From assembly GCA_934203075.1 (NCBI GenBank), contig CAKPYT010000040.1, forward strand, positions 2,583 to 66,582: 64,000 nucleotides of DNA, written 5' to 3'. Below the pieces are notes generated by a model, which did not search any database, was not told the DNA's origin, and was given only the letters and a program-made list of their open reading frames with translations. The position numbers and the translations under genes are program-made. Position 1 is the stretch's first letter; each line of letters begins with the position of its first letter. This document shows positions 1 through 9,319 of the stretch, piece after piece. Source of the DNA: an uncultured Clostridia bacterium (GTDB lineage: Bacteria; Bacillota; Clostridia; Christensenellales; CAG-314).

Positions 1-74
1 CTTTGTTCGGCTGGACGGAACCGGTTTTCAGGTTGTGGCAAAATAAGGGCAACAAGCCCACTCCCTTAAAAGTA

Positions 75-102
75 AAAGCTCCGCTTCGGCGGGGCTTTTG
101 TT
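75..102 (+). terminator. Rho-independent terminator of a gene lying upstream of the window
   Basis: Hairpin AAAGCTCCGC-TTCG-GCGGGGCTTT followed by a T-rich run. Confidence 0.6.
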
Positions 103-185
103 GCATCTGGGGCACGGTTTATTTTTTGTCTTGTGTGAGGCCTCGCAATGTTTGCGTAATCGAAAAGGGAGGGAAAGGGAGAATA

Positions 186-218
186 TCAAAAAAAAGAAAA
201 GCACAAAAGAGTGCTTTT
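186..218 (-). terminator. Terminator downstream of ung
   Basis: On the minus strand, stem AAAGCAC/GTGCTTT followed by a long U tract (plus-strand A run 186-195), just after the ung stop. Confidence 0.55.
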
Positions 219-250
219 CCGAAAGAAATGTGGTATGCTAAAAGGGAGAA

Positions 251-919
251 TCAGGTCAGGCTCCAATCGATCGGGGTTGTGAACCGAGAAAGGAACTCGT
301 TGGTTTTGGTAAAGTGCCCGCAGCCGAAGAACCCTTGATAGGCGCTTAACGGGCTGGGGTGAACGCTTTCCAGAACCAGGTGTTTCGGGTTGGTGATCAA
401 TGCTTTTTTGCTTCTGGCATTGGCGCCCCAAAGCAGAAAAACTACCGGGGAATCCTTTTCGTTCAACAGGGCGATGATGCGATCCGTTAAAATTTCCCAG
501 CCTTTGCCCTTGTGAGAGTTGGCACGATGCGCTTGCACGGTCAGCACGGTGTTCAGCAGTAACACCCCTTGTTCCGCCCAATGCATCAGATAGCCGTAGT
601 CCGGGGGAAAGGTCAGTCCCGTTTCCTGAGATATTTCGCGAAAAATGTTTTGTAAACTGGGTGGCGGGGGAGTGCCCGGTTGCACCGAAAAGCACATGCC
701 GTGCGCCTGATGCGGTTCGTGATAGGGGTCCTGCCCCAAAATCACGACCTTCACGTCACGATAAGCCGTGGAGCGCAGAGCATTGAAAATATCCTGTGCG
801 GCGGGGTAAACCGTCACGGTGCGATATTGCTGTACTAAAAACTTGCGCAGTTGAAGGTAGTAGGGCTTTTCGAATTCCTCTGTCAGCAATGCGTCCCAAT
901 CGTTTCCGATGTGTACCAT
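251..919 (-). CDS. ung: Uracil-DNA glycosylase (family 1)
   Basis: Contains the GQDPYH and HPSPLS motifs and aligns along its full length. The start is placed at the internal ATG (MVHIGNDWD) rather than the ORF-track start at 1006. Confidence 0.95.
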   Translation of the reverse strand: MVHIGNDWDALLTEEFEKPYYLQLRKFLVQQYRTVTVYPAAQDIFNALRSTAYRDVKVVILGQDPYHEPHQAHGMCFSVQPGTPPPPSLQNIFREISQETGLTFPPDYGYLMHWAEQGVLLLNTVLTVQAHRANSHKGKGWEILTDRIIALLNEKDSPVVFLLWGANARSKKALITNPKHLVLESVHPSPLSAYQGFFGCGHFTKTNEFLSRFTTPIDWSLT

Positions 920-920
920 A

Positions 921-1364
921 TCAGCGCAGCACGATGGAGTGCGAAACAGGGCAAACGGTATCGCCTTCGCCCAGAATGAGGGAAGAGCCGTGGTGATATT
1001 CCCCAACCAATCCGTTGACGCGAACGTTAAAATCCGTAACGTCCGTAACGGAGAGCATCGTGTATTTGCCCGGTTTTAATTCTTTGCCGGCAGTATAGGT
1101 CACGTTTTTCGAAAGGATGATGTCGTGTTCCGTAAAAGTGGCGTTCGCGGCACCCGTTTCGTCAAAAGCGGCAGAACTTGCGGAATAGCGTACTTCTTTT
1201 TGCTCGATCACGCCGGTTTGCGCCTGCTTTTCGGATTCCTTTCTGTGTTTGCGTTTCTTTGCACGCAGAACGTTTTCCAGAACGACAACCAGAATTAAAA
1301 CGACAATCGCGGCAACGGCAATATAGAGAATTTGCTGTTGCGTCAATGCTAAAAGAAAAGACAT
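921..1364 (-). CDS. Hypothetical membrane-anchored protein (single N-terminal TM helix)
   Basis: The start at MSFLLALTQQQ is preceded by GGAGG. It has a hydrophobic N-terminus followed by a KR-rich stretch. Its stop lies 1 nt from the ung start. Confidence 0.6.
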   Translation of the reverse strand: MSFLLALTQQQILYIAVAAIVVLILVVVLENVLRAKKRKHRKESEKQAQTGVIEQKEVRYSASSAAFDETGAANATFTEHDIILSKNVTYTAGKELKPGKYTMLSVTDVTDFNVRVNGLVGEYHHGSSLILGEGDTVCPVSHSIVLR

Positions 1365-1510
1365 AGAAACCTCCGGTTTTATTTGCCCGTGCAGCAAACC
1401 TGCTCCGGACGGGCAAAAATGCGAAAACACAAACAAAAGCATGCGTTTCGATGATATTATAACATCGAATGCGCATAATGTAAACGAGGAAAAGAATTTT
1501 TCGAAGGACG

Positions 1511-2614
1511 ATGAAACAAAAAGACGCAAAAAAACAGATTCCGTGGAAGAGAATCGCCCAGATTGCACTGTTTGTTTTGCCCATTGCGGTGGGTGTTTTA
1601 ACGCTGTTTTCTTTGCCGAGTGCGGAAATTCCTTTTTCCGAAGCCGTTCGCAGGGCGCATCCGTTCTGGTTCGCCTGGTCTTTTCTGTTGTGCGTCATCG
1701 GTGTTGCCGCAGAGGCCTTGCGGTTGTGGGCATTGGGCGGCAAAACCGTAAAGTACACGTTCTGCGTGCGCTCCGTGCTGACGGGTAAGTTTTATGATTG
1801 CATCACGCCGTATGCCGTCGGCGGGCAGCCGGCGCAAATGGTGTTGCTTGCAAAACGCATTCCTCCGGCAAACGCAACGGCCTTGCCTACCGTCACGTAT
1901 TTGCTGCAAACGGGCACGGGCATTCTCGGGGCTACGCTTCTGTTTTTGCTGAACGCCCCGGTGCTGGAGCGTGCGGGCGGCGTGGTAGTGGCAGGCGCAA
2001 GAGTCGGGCTTTTGATCAACAGCATTTTGCCTGTCATCGTGTTATGCATTGCGTTTGCACCTTTCTTGGTGGAAAAAATTACAGACGCCGTGCTGAAACT
2101 GCTTGGCCGCTGGAAATGGATTAAAAACGCACCGGTACTGCGCGAAAAGGCGCAGAACGGGATTCGTCGCTATAAAGAAGCGCTTGCCTGGATGGGCGGC
2201 AACTTCAAAACGGTAGTGCTTGCCATCGTGTGCAGTATCGTCGCGTTTGTTGCCTATGCGTCGCTGCCCTATTTTGTGCTGGTTGCCTTCGGCATGCAGC
2301 CGAATGCGGCAACGTATCAGGATTGTATCACGCTGTATTGCGTTTTGACTTATGCCGCGGCATGCATTCCGTCTCCGGGCGGGGCCGGCATTGCGGAAGC
2401 CGCGTTTGTCGGGTTGTTCGGAGGATACCTCACGCAGGAGGTTTTGTTGTGGGCGGTCATCGTGTGGCGCGTTTTGATCTACTACGGGTTTGTCGTCATC
2501 GGCATGACGCTGCAGGGCTCGGTGTTCCTGAAGAGAACGGTTCCTGCTCCTGCGCAGGCGCCTGCTCCCGCAGAAGAATCTGCAGAGCCGGAGCCGAAGG
2601 ACGAAACGCAATAA
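1511..2614 (+). CDS. Flippase-like / lysylphosphatidylglycerol-synthase TM-region family membrane protein (UPF0104-like)
   Basis: Polytopic membrane protein with the YDCITPYAVGGQPAQ segment typical of this family. An RBS GAAGGA precedes the ATG. Confidence 0.6.
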   Translation: MKQKDAKKQIPWKRIAQIALFVLPIAVGVLTLFSLPSAEIPFSEAVRRAHPFWFAWSFLLCVIGVAAEALRLWALGGKTVKYTFCVRSVLTGKFYDCITPYAVGGQPAQMVLLAKRIPPANATALPTVTYLLQTGTGILGATLLFLLNAPVLERAGGVVVAGARVGLLINSILPVIVLCIAFAPFLVEKITDAVLKLLGRWKWIKNAPVLREKAQNGIRRYKEALAWMGGNFKTVVLAIVCSIVAFVAYASLPYFVLVAFGMQPNAATYQDCITLYCVLTYAAACIPSPGGAGIAEAAFVGLFGGYLTQEVLLWAVIVWRVLIYYGFVVIGMTLQGSVFLKRTVPAPAQAPAPAEESAEPEPKDETQ

Positions 2615-2850
2615 ATCCGGCGGAGCGGAAGAAGGTTCGGTTCGGCGGCATCCGTAACAGCGGCTGCGAAAGAGCGCTGCACCATAGCGAAGAGATTTTT
2701 CGGACGGCTGCGTTTTTTTGGTAAAAAACGCGGCCGTGTTCTTTTTGCCGCAAGAGTTTCCGATACGGCAAAAGAAGCAGAAGGGCGTGCAAAAACGAAT
2801 CGTTTGTTTAGGACAAGCGAAGAGAAACGAACGGAAAAAGAAAACAAAAA

Positions 2851-2876
2851 GCGTAACTTGCGTTACGCTTTTTTTT
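2851..2876. terminator. Bidirectional terminator between convergent genes
   Basis: GCGTAAC-TTGC-GTTACGC hairpin flanked by an A run upstream and a T run downstream. Confidence 0.7.
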
Positions 2877-2899
2877 GTTTTTCTCTTTTGTGAAACGGT

Positions 2900-4633
2900 T
2901 CAGAACAACCCGCCGATCGAACCGTCTTTGTGCAGTTCCATATGATCGCTTGCCGGAACTTTCGGCAGACCGGGCATCAGCATCACGTCGCCGCTGATAG
3001 CAACGATAAAGCCGCTGCCGTTGCGCAATTGAATTTCCCGCACGTTCAGCGTGAAGCCTTCGGGGCGGCCGAGCAGCGCGGCGTTGTCCGACAGGCTGTA
3101 CTGCGTTTTTGCCACGATCACGGGCAAATTGCCGTAGCCGAGTTTGTTGATGCGGTCGATTTCCTGTTTTGCGGTTGCCGCAAAGGAGACGCCTTTGGCT
3201 CCGTAAATCTTGGTTGCGATTTTAGTGATTTTTTCTTCGATCGAATCTTCCGGTTCGTAGGTGTAGTGAATTTGCGGTTTTTCGTTCGCTTCTGCCAGAC
3301 GAATCACTTCGTCCGCCAGTTCCAGTGCGCCATAGCCGCCCTTTGCCCACACCTGTACGGGCACGACGTTTACGCCCGCTTCTTTGCAGGCCTTCTGAAT
3401 CACGTCGATTTCTGCCGGGGTGTCGGTGACGAATTGGTTAATGGCAACCACAGCAGGCAAACGGAAGTTTTGCGTCACGTTTTCGATGTGTTTCATCAGG
3501 TTGCATACGCCCGCCTGCACCGCCGCAACGTTTTCGGTTTTCAAATCCGCTTTGTTGGCACCGCCGTGCAGTTTCATGGCGCGCACGGTCGTCACGATGA
3601 CAACGGCATTGGGGGCAATGCCCGCTACGCGGCATTTTACGTCCAGGAATTTTTCTGCGCCCAGGTCCGCACCGAAGCCGGCTTCCGTCACGGTGTAATC
3701 CGCAAAGTGCATTGCCGTTTTGGTGGCGACGACACTGTTGCAGCCGTGTGCGATGTTGGCAAACGGTCCGCCGTGAATCAGCGCCGGGCTGCCCATCAGC
3801 GTTTGCACCAGGTTCGGTTTCATAGCGTCTTTCAACAGAATCGCCATGGCGTTTTCTGCTTTCAGGTCGCTTGCGTACACGGGTTGATCGTCATAGGTAT
3901 ACGCTACCACGATGCGCCCGAGGCGTTTTTTCAGATCTTCCAGATCGGTTGCCAGGCACAGGGTGGCCATCACTTCGCTTGCGGCGGTGATGTTGAACCC
4001 GTCCTGACGCATAACACCGTTTCCCTTTTTGCCGAGAGCAATCACGATTTCACGTAAAACGCGGTCGTTCAGGTCGATGCAGCGTTTCCACAACACCTTT
4101 TTGGGGTCGATGTGCAAAGCGTTTCCTTGTTGCAGGTGATTGTCCAGCAGGGCGGAAAGCAGGTTGTTTGCCGTGGTGATGGCGTGCAGGTCGCCGGTGA
4201 AGTGCAGATTAATGTCCTCCATCGGGATGACTTGCGACAAACCGCCGCCGGCAGCGCCGCCTTTCACACCGAAAACGGGCCCCAAAGAGGGCTCACGCAA
4301 AGCCACGCACACTTTTTTGTTCCGCAAAGCCAGTGCGTCCGTCAGGCCGATGGATACGGTCGTTTTGCCTTCGCCTGCCGCGGTGGGGTTGATCGCCGTA
4401 ACCAAAATCAGTTTTGCGTTCGGTTGGGTATCCGGATGATTGATCTTGGCTTTGTTTTTGCCGTACGGCTCCAATTCGTCTTCCGGAATGCCAAGTTTGT
4501 CCGCAATGACTCCGATGGGCGAGCATTGAAATTTGTTCGCAATTTCGATATCGCTCATCCCGCCTTTGGCAGCGAGTTCGGCAGCGACGTCTTGCACCTG
4601 TTGCAACCTTTCCTGCGTTAAAAACTTTTCCAT
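2900..4633 (-). CDS. fhs: Formate--tetrahydrofolate ligase
   Basis: Full-length similarity including the nucleotide-binding loop PTAAGEGKTT. The start is placed at MEKFLTQ with an upstream GAGG. An alternative start is MSDIEIA at 4558. Confidence 0.95.
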   Translation of the reverse strand: MEKFLTQERLQQVQDVAAELAAKGGMSDIEIANKFQCSPIGVIADKLGIPEDELEPYGKNKAKINHPDTQPNAKLILVTAINPTAAGEGKTTVSIGLTDALALRNKKVCVALREPSLGPVFGVKGGAAGGGLSQVIPMEDINLHFTGDLHAITTANNLLSALLDNHLQQGNALHIDPKKVLWKRCIDLNDRVLREIVIALGKKGNGVMRQDGFNITAASEVMATLCLATDLEDLKKRLGRIVVAYTYDDQPVYASDLKAENAMAILLKDAMKPNLVQTLMGSPALIHGGPFANIAHGCNSVVATKTAMHFADYTVTEAGFGADLGAEKFLDVKCRVAGIAPNAVVIVTTVRAMKLHGGANKADLKTENVAAVQAGVCNLMKHIENVTQNFRLPAVVAINQFVTDTPAEIDVIQKACKEAGVNVVPVQVWAKGGYGALELADEVIRLAEANEKPQIHYTYEPEDSIEEKITKIATKIYGAKGVSFAATAKQEIDRINKLGYGNLPVIVAKTQYSLSDNAALLGRPEGFTLNVREIQLRNGSGFIVAISGDVMLMPGLPKVPASDHMELHKDGSIGGLF

Positions 4634-4714
4634 GAGAAACCTCTTTATATTATGATTTTCGTTTCGTTTTTGGGGTAAAAACGGGGGTGGCAGGTTTCTT
4701 CCCGCCACACACTA

Positions 4715-4743
4715 AATATAACCAATTTTCGGTATAAAGTCAA
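4715..4743 (-). promoter_or_regulatory. Sigma-70-type promoter for fhs
   Basis: On the minus strand, TTGACT, a 17-nt spacer, then TATATT, about 75 nt upstream of the fhs ATG. Confidence 0.5.
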
Positions 4744-4946
4744 AGATTTGGTCTTTGTTTTTTCCCTTTCGGGGCGTTTTTTCGCTTTCGTAAAGTAACA
4801 CGATAAAACCTTTTTCGGCTCTTTTTTTGGGGAGATTGCCGTAAAGTTCCGTTTTGTGCACCGCGTCGAAAAAGGAGGGGAAAAGCAAAGCGTATTTTTG
4901 CAAAAAGATTCGTTAAAAGCAGAATTTTAGGGAATACTCGGTAAGT

Positions 4947-6449
4947 ATGACAGGGTTCAAGAAAGAAAGAGGAAACGTATCGTTTTGTCGGGTGCTGGCA
5001 AAGTTCCGCCCGCAGGAGGATTTTAAGGTGCGCACTTTCAGCGTGACGGGGACGGAGGCAACACTTTGCTATTTCGATTCTCTCACGGACGGGGAAAAGT
5101 TGGGCAGCCTGGTGCTGCAGCCGTTGCTGCAACTGCAAAAATATGCGTTCTCGGCAGAACAACTGACCAAAGAATTGCTGTATTTGCCGAACGTTCAGAG
5201 TCTTGCAACAAACGCCTGCGCGGAAACGGAGCGTACAATGCAGGAAGAATTGCTTTCCGGGCATGCGTTGCTGTGCTACCGCGACGAGGTGCTTTCGCTG
5301 GACGTGCGCATGGCGGAAGGGCGGGCCGTGGCAGAACCGCCGACCAGCGGCGTAAACAAAGGCCCGCGGGAAGGGTTTGTGGAAAGTTGCAAAACCAACC
5401 TGATGCTGTTGCGTAAACGGTTGAAAACCCCCGGATTTTGCGTCAAAAGCAAAACGGTCGGGCGGCTGACGCAAACCTCGGTGCAGATTTGCTACATCAA
5501 AGGGGTCGCAAAGGCGGAGATTGTGCGTCGGGTGGAGAAAGAATTGGATAAAATCGATATCGACGGCATTCTGGACAGCAGCTATCTTTCCAACTATCTG
5601 GACGGAGGTTCTACCCTGTTCAAAATGGTAGGAACCACGGAAAAGCCGGATATTGCCGTGGCAAAGATGCTGGAGGGGCGCATCTGCCTTCTGGTGGACG
5701 GGTCTCCCATTGCGTTGACGGTGCCGTATCTGTTCGTGGAGGATCTGCAATCGCCGGACGATTACTACGACACGGCGGAAACGGCAACGGTCGCACGTTT
5801 GCTGCGCTTGCTGGCGGTGTTCGGCAGCGTAATGCTGCCCGGCTTGTTCGTTTCGCTGGAAATGTATAACTATCAGATTATTCCGACGAAATTTTTAATC
5901 ACGATCATGAGCGCAACGGAGGGGCTGCCCTTTTCGCAGATCACGGAAATGTTGCTGGTGCTGGTTTTGTTTGATATTTTGCGGGAGGCCAGTGCGCGCA
6001 TGCCACAGTTTGCGGGAGTCACGCTGAGCATCGTCGGGGCAATCGTGCTGGGGGATGCCGCCGTAAAAGCGGGGCTTCTCGGTGCCCCTTCCGTGATGAT
6101 CGGCGCTCTTTCCGGCATCGGGCTGTACACCATGCCGGATAATACCCTGATTTTATCCTTGCTGCGGCTCGCCATTACGATTGCGGGCGGCGTGATGGGG
6201 GTGTTCGGGGTGTTGCTGCTCTCGCTGTTTTTGTTGTGCTATGCCGTTTCTCTGCAGCGTTACGACACGCCGTATCTGGCACCGTTTGCTCCCGCCGTTT
6301 CTGCGGATTGGAAAGACGCCGTGCGAAAAAAGCGCCTGACGCAAATGCGATATCGTCCGTATTCTTTGCCGAACGAGGATCGGAGACGATTGCGCCTCCT
6401 TTCGAAAGAATCCGCGGATGCCGAACAGAAGGGGGAAAAGAAACCGTGA
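4947..6449 (+). CDS. Spore germination protein, GerA family A subunit
   Basis: Contains the conserved LLVDGSPIALTVPYLFVEDLQSPDDYY core and C-terminal TM helices. It is the first gene of an A-B-C operon. Confidence 0.9.
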   Translation: MTGFKKERGNVSFCRVLAKFRPQEDFKVRTFSVTGTEATLCYFDSLTDGEKLGSLVLQPLLQLQKYAFSAEQLTKELLYLPNVQSLATNACAETERTMQEELLSGHALLCYRDEVLSLDVRMAEGRAVAEPPTSGVNKGPREGFVESCKTNLMLLRKRLKTPGFCVKSKTVGRLTQTSVQICYIKGVAKAEIVRRVEKELDKIDIDGILDSSYLSNYLDGGSTLFKMVGTTEKPDIAVAKMLEGRICLLVDGSPIALTVPYLFVEDLQSPDDYYDTAETATVARLLRLLAVFGSVMLPGLFVSLEMYNYQIIPTKFLITIMSATEGLPFSQITEMLLVLVLFDILREASARMPQFAGVTLSIVGAIVLGDAAVKAGLLGAPSVMIGALSGIGLYTMPDNTLILSLLRLAITIAGGVMGVFGVLLLSLFLLCYAVSLQRYDTPYLAPFAPAVSADWKDAVRKKRLTQMRYRPYSLPNEDRRRLRLLSKESADAEQKGEKKP

Positions 6450-7582
6450 AATACGAAGTGAAAGAAAATCAGTTGTTCTGGCTGCTGATTACCGTCATGC
6501 CCGCCAGCAAGTGCCTTTCGCTGCCGTCGCTGTTGGTGAAGTATGCCTGGCAGGATAGTTGGCTGGCGATTTTGGGCCTGTTTCTCATCGATTATCTGTT
6601 TTTCGTTGCTATGGCCGTGGCGGTTCTGCGCAATCGCGGCCGTTTGCCGTTGCAGCGCGTTCTGGAAAAAAGCCTCACGAAAATCGGTGCCAAAATCGCT
6701 TTTTTGTTTCTTGCCTCTTTTTTCGGGCTGCGCCTCATCGGGTTGATTCTGGATTTTATGGAGTTGTTTCACACAACATTGACCATCTCCACCAATTGGC
6801 TTGCTTTTGCGCTTCCGGTGCTCGCCTTTTCGCTGTTCACGGCCAATAAGGGCGCCAGAACCATCGCGCGGCTGTGCGAAATTCTGGCCATTCCCGTGCT
6901 GTGCGCGGGGTGGGTTATGGTCTTGCTCTCCCTGGACGAAACGGATTTTTCCCGCCTGCTTCCGATGTTTCAATACCCTGCAGGAGTACTTCGTGCCATG
7001 TATCATCACACCTCCTGGTTCGGCGACAGTGTGTTCCTGCTGTTCTTTCTCGACCGCATCAAGCCGGGCAAGCGCTTTTTGGCAAAAGTTTCGCTCGGGT
7101 ATTGGGTTTCGGTGGTGTGTGTTCTGGCGGTTTGTGTGACGTACTTCGGTTTGTACGGCAATACGGCATGGATGCATCGCAGCATCATTGCAAAAGTGTC
7201 GCAGTTCAACGTAACGGTAACTACGAACGGGCGATGGGATTGGCTCTGTTTGTTGGTCTGGATGGCTTCTCTGCTCATCAAAAGTGCCTTGTTTTCGTTT
7301 TGTATGGTGCAAAGTCTGCAGGCGCTGCTCGGAACAGGCAGGGCAAAAACGCCTGTTTCGTATGCGGTGGTTCTGGCGTTTGTGCTTACGCTTCCTTTGT
7401 GTACCGGGGTAGAAAGCTTTTTGAATAAAACGGCGAGCACGTCAAAATTGTTTTACGTTGTACAATACCTGTTGCCGCTGGCGTCCCCGTTTTTGGTGCA
7501 GTGGCAAAACAATGCCTGCCCGAAGGCACTGTGGCTCAGGAAACGACGTTTGGGAGGGGCTTATGAAAAACCGGTTTCGTAA
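6446..7582 (+). CDS. Spore germination protein, GerA family B subunit (APC-like permease)
   Basis: Polytopic membrane protein. Its GTG start overlaps the A-subunit stop (GTGA). The ORF-track start at 6236 lies inside gerAA. Confidence 0.85.
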   Translation: MKYEVKENQLFWLLITVMPASKCLSLPSLLVKYAWQDSWLAILGLFLIDYLFFVAMAVAVLRNRGRLPLQRVLEKSLTKIGAKIAFLFLASFFGLRLIGLILDFMELFHTTLTISTNWLAFALPVLAFSLFTANKGARTIARLCEILAIPVLCAGWVMVLLSLDETDFSRLLPMFQYPAGVLRAMYHHTSWFGDSVFLLFFLDRIKPGKRFLAKVSLGYWVSVVCVLAVCVTYFGLYGNTAWMHRSIIAKVSQFNVTVTTNGRWDWLCLLVWMASLLIKSALFSFCMVQSLQALLGTGRAKTPVSYAVVLAFVLTLPLCTGVESFLNKTASTSKLFYVVQYLLPLASPFLVQWQNNACPKALWLRKRRLGGAYEKPVS

Positions 7583-8774
7583 ATGTTTGCCCGTTGTCGT
7601 CGCCGTGCTGCTGCTCTGGCTGAATCAGTCCTTTCTCGGCGGCAGCATCAACGACCGTAACGTCGTGGTGGGGCTCGGGATCGATTACAAAGCAGAGGAA
7701 TACCTTGTCACGGCGGAAATCGTAGTGACGGAATCCGTCGGGGCAGACGGGAACAGCGCCGCGGCAAAAATTCTTTCCGGCCGGGGCAAAACGGTTGCGG
7801 ACGCCCTGCAGGATATCTATAAGCAAACGGCACGCGTACCGTCGCTGGGGCAATGCTGCATTCTTTTGTTGGGAGAAGGGCTTTTTACTTCGCAGGACGT
7901 CGTGCAGGCATTGGGCTATTTTGCCTATTCGGATAATTTCAAGGACGGGACCATCGTCGCCTGCTGTATCGGCACCGCACAGGACTTTTATGCGCAAAAT
8001 AACCTGCCGGACGAGTACGTTTCCATCGGGTTGCAAACGCTTCTGAGTTCCTCCAGCGCACATACCGCCACGCCCGGTGTGATTTTGCACACCTTCATCG
8101 AAAGTATGCGCAGCCGCGGGGGCGGCGGATATCTTCCGCTGGTGAAGCATCTGGCGGAAAGCGGCGAAACTTCTTCGGAGGACGCCGCAAAAGCAACGGC
8201 ATCGCAGGCCGGGTCCGCAGCGGAAGAGGGCGAAGAAAATAAAACAAGCGGCGCTTACGTTTGCAAGCGGGCCGCATTGTTTCGTGGGGGGAAGTACTGC
8301 GGCACGCTGAGCGAACGAGCGACAAAAGGATACGTGCTGTTAAACGACGAAGCAAGTTTTGAAAATTTCGTGATGGAAGATCGGTTCGGGGAGGTTCCGT
8401 TTTCCGACCTCGTAACGGTCGGGGTCCTTTCCAAAAAGACGGAAACGGTCGCTTCTTACGAAACGACGCCCGCTTTCGTATTGCGCATGCGGGTGCGATT
8501 CCGACGGATGCGCACGGATATGGCGGCAAACACGGTAACGTCTATGCCGAAACTGGAGCCGGAGCTCGGTCCGGATTTGCTGGAAGGGATGCGCGGAGAA
8601 CTGGAGGCTCTTTTGCAGGCGTGCGTGGAAGAAAGCGTGGCGTTCGGCTGCGATCTTTTTCAGACGTACGAAGCGTTGTATCGTGCGGCCGGCAGAAAGT
8701 GGGAGTTTTTCGAGGATCGCGCAGACGCGCTTTCCGGTATCGATTTCCGGATAGAAGTGGAGGTAAGCGAGTAG
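7563..8774 (+). CDS. Ger(x)C family spore germination protein
   Basis: Contains VVVGLGIDY and a C-terminal GerxC-like region. The start at MKNRFRK overlaps the end of the B subunit. Confidence 0.85.
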   Translation: MKNRFRKCLPVVVAVLLLWLNQSFLGGSINDRNVVVGLGIDYKAEEYLVTAEIVVTESVGADGNSAAAKILSGRGKTVADALQDIYKQTARVPSLGQCCILLLGEGLFTSQDVVQALGYFAYSDNFKDGTIVACCIGTAQDFYAQNNLPDEYVSIGLQTLLSSSSAHTATPGVILHTFIESMRSRGGGGYLPLVKHLAESGETSSEDAAKATASQAGSAAEEGEENKTSGAYVCKRAALFRGGKYCGTLSERATKGYVLLNDEASFENFVMEDRFGEVPFSDLVTVGVLSKKTETVASYETTPAFVLRMRVRFRRMRTDMAANTVTSMPKLEPELGPDLLEGMRGELEALLQACVEESVAFGCDLFQTYEALYRAAGRKWEFFEDRADALSGIDFRIEVEVSE

Positions 8775-9279
8775 CTTCCCTCCGCTTTCGCTTTTTTGAA
8801 AAGTTTTGTAGCACTTCGGTGGAGAGGCTATTCTTGCAAAAAGTCGAAAAAGCGTTTTGAAAGGGTCGTTTACGACAGGCGAAATTGGCTCTCTGCTTTT
8901 GTTGTGCATTTCCGTCTTGGGGGGCCGCGAAGAAGAGCGCTTCGCGGCAACGGGCGCCGGAGGTTTTTTGGAAGCATTTGTTTATAAAATCAAAAGCAGC
9001 CGTTTCTGCACGTGAAAGGCGCACTTTGCGCCCAAAAGGGCGGGGTGGTGCACGTTTCCGACAGGTTTCGGTGTTTGCGTTGCCCGGGAACCGGCCGGGG
9101 CACCGCCGTGGAGAAAGGCGGTGCCGGATTTTGCGCGTACAGCAGAAAATCGATTTTTGGGGTTCGGGTCGGCACGATGCGTGTGCCTTGTTTGGAAAAA
9201 ACGTCCCGGCGGATCGGGGCAAGAAAGTCCGGCAGTTCGGCCTTCGGAGGGGCAGAAAAACGCAGGAAACAAAACAAAG

Positions 9280-9308
9280 TTGCAACAACGGAAAATTAGT
9301 GGTATAAT
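9280..9308 (+). promoter_or_regulatory. Near-consensus sigma-70 promoter abutting the ktrB start
   Basis: TTGCAA, a 17-nt spacer, then TGgTATAAT. The -10 element ends 11 nt before the ATG at 9320 and no SD sequence is present. Confidence 0.6.
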
Positions 9309-9319
9309 GCGTAATACGT

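Noticed and set aside
4712-4903. 63-aa minus-strand ORF between fhs and gerAA.
   Set aside because: It lies upstream of the predicted fhs promoter, has no RBS and matches no recognisable family. It is probably a chance ORF in the divergent regulatory region, although a real small protein cannot be excluded.
9215-9240. AAGAAAGTCCGGCAG resembles the RNase P RNA CR-I block GAGGAAAGUCCGGGC.
   Set aside because: The other universally conserved RNase P blocks (for example ACAGAA..GGCUUA and AGGGUGAAA) are absent from the surrounding 500 bp, and the context cannot form the P4 pseudoknot.
8801-9279. c-di-AMP (ydaO-type) riboswitch upstream of ktrBA, as in Bacillus.
   Set aside because: I could not find the conserved blocks (GAGCGGGGGACCCA, GGGGUGAAUC, CCCGAACCCGUCAGCUAACC) on the plus strand. 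A partial ACCCGAACCCCA occurs only on the wrong strand. A covariance-model scan is needed for a definitive answer.
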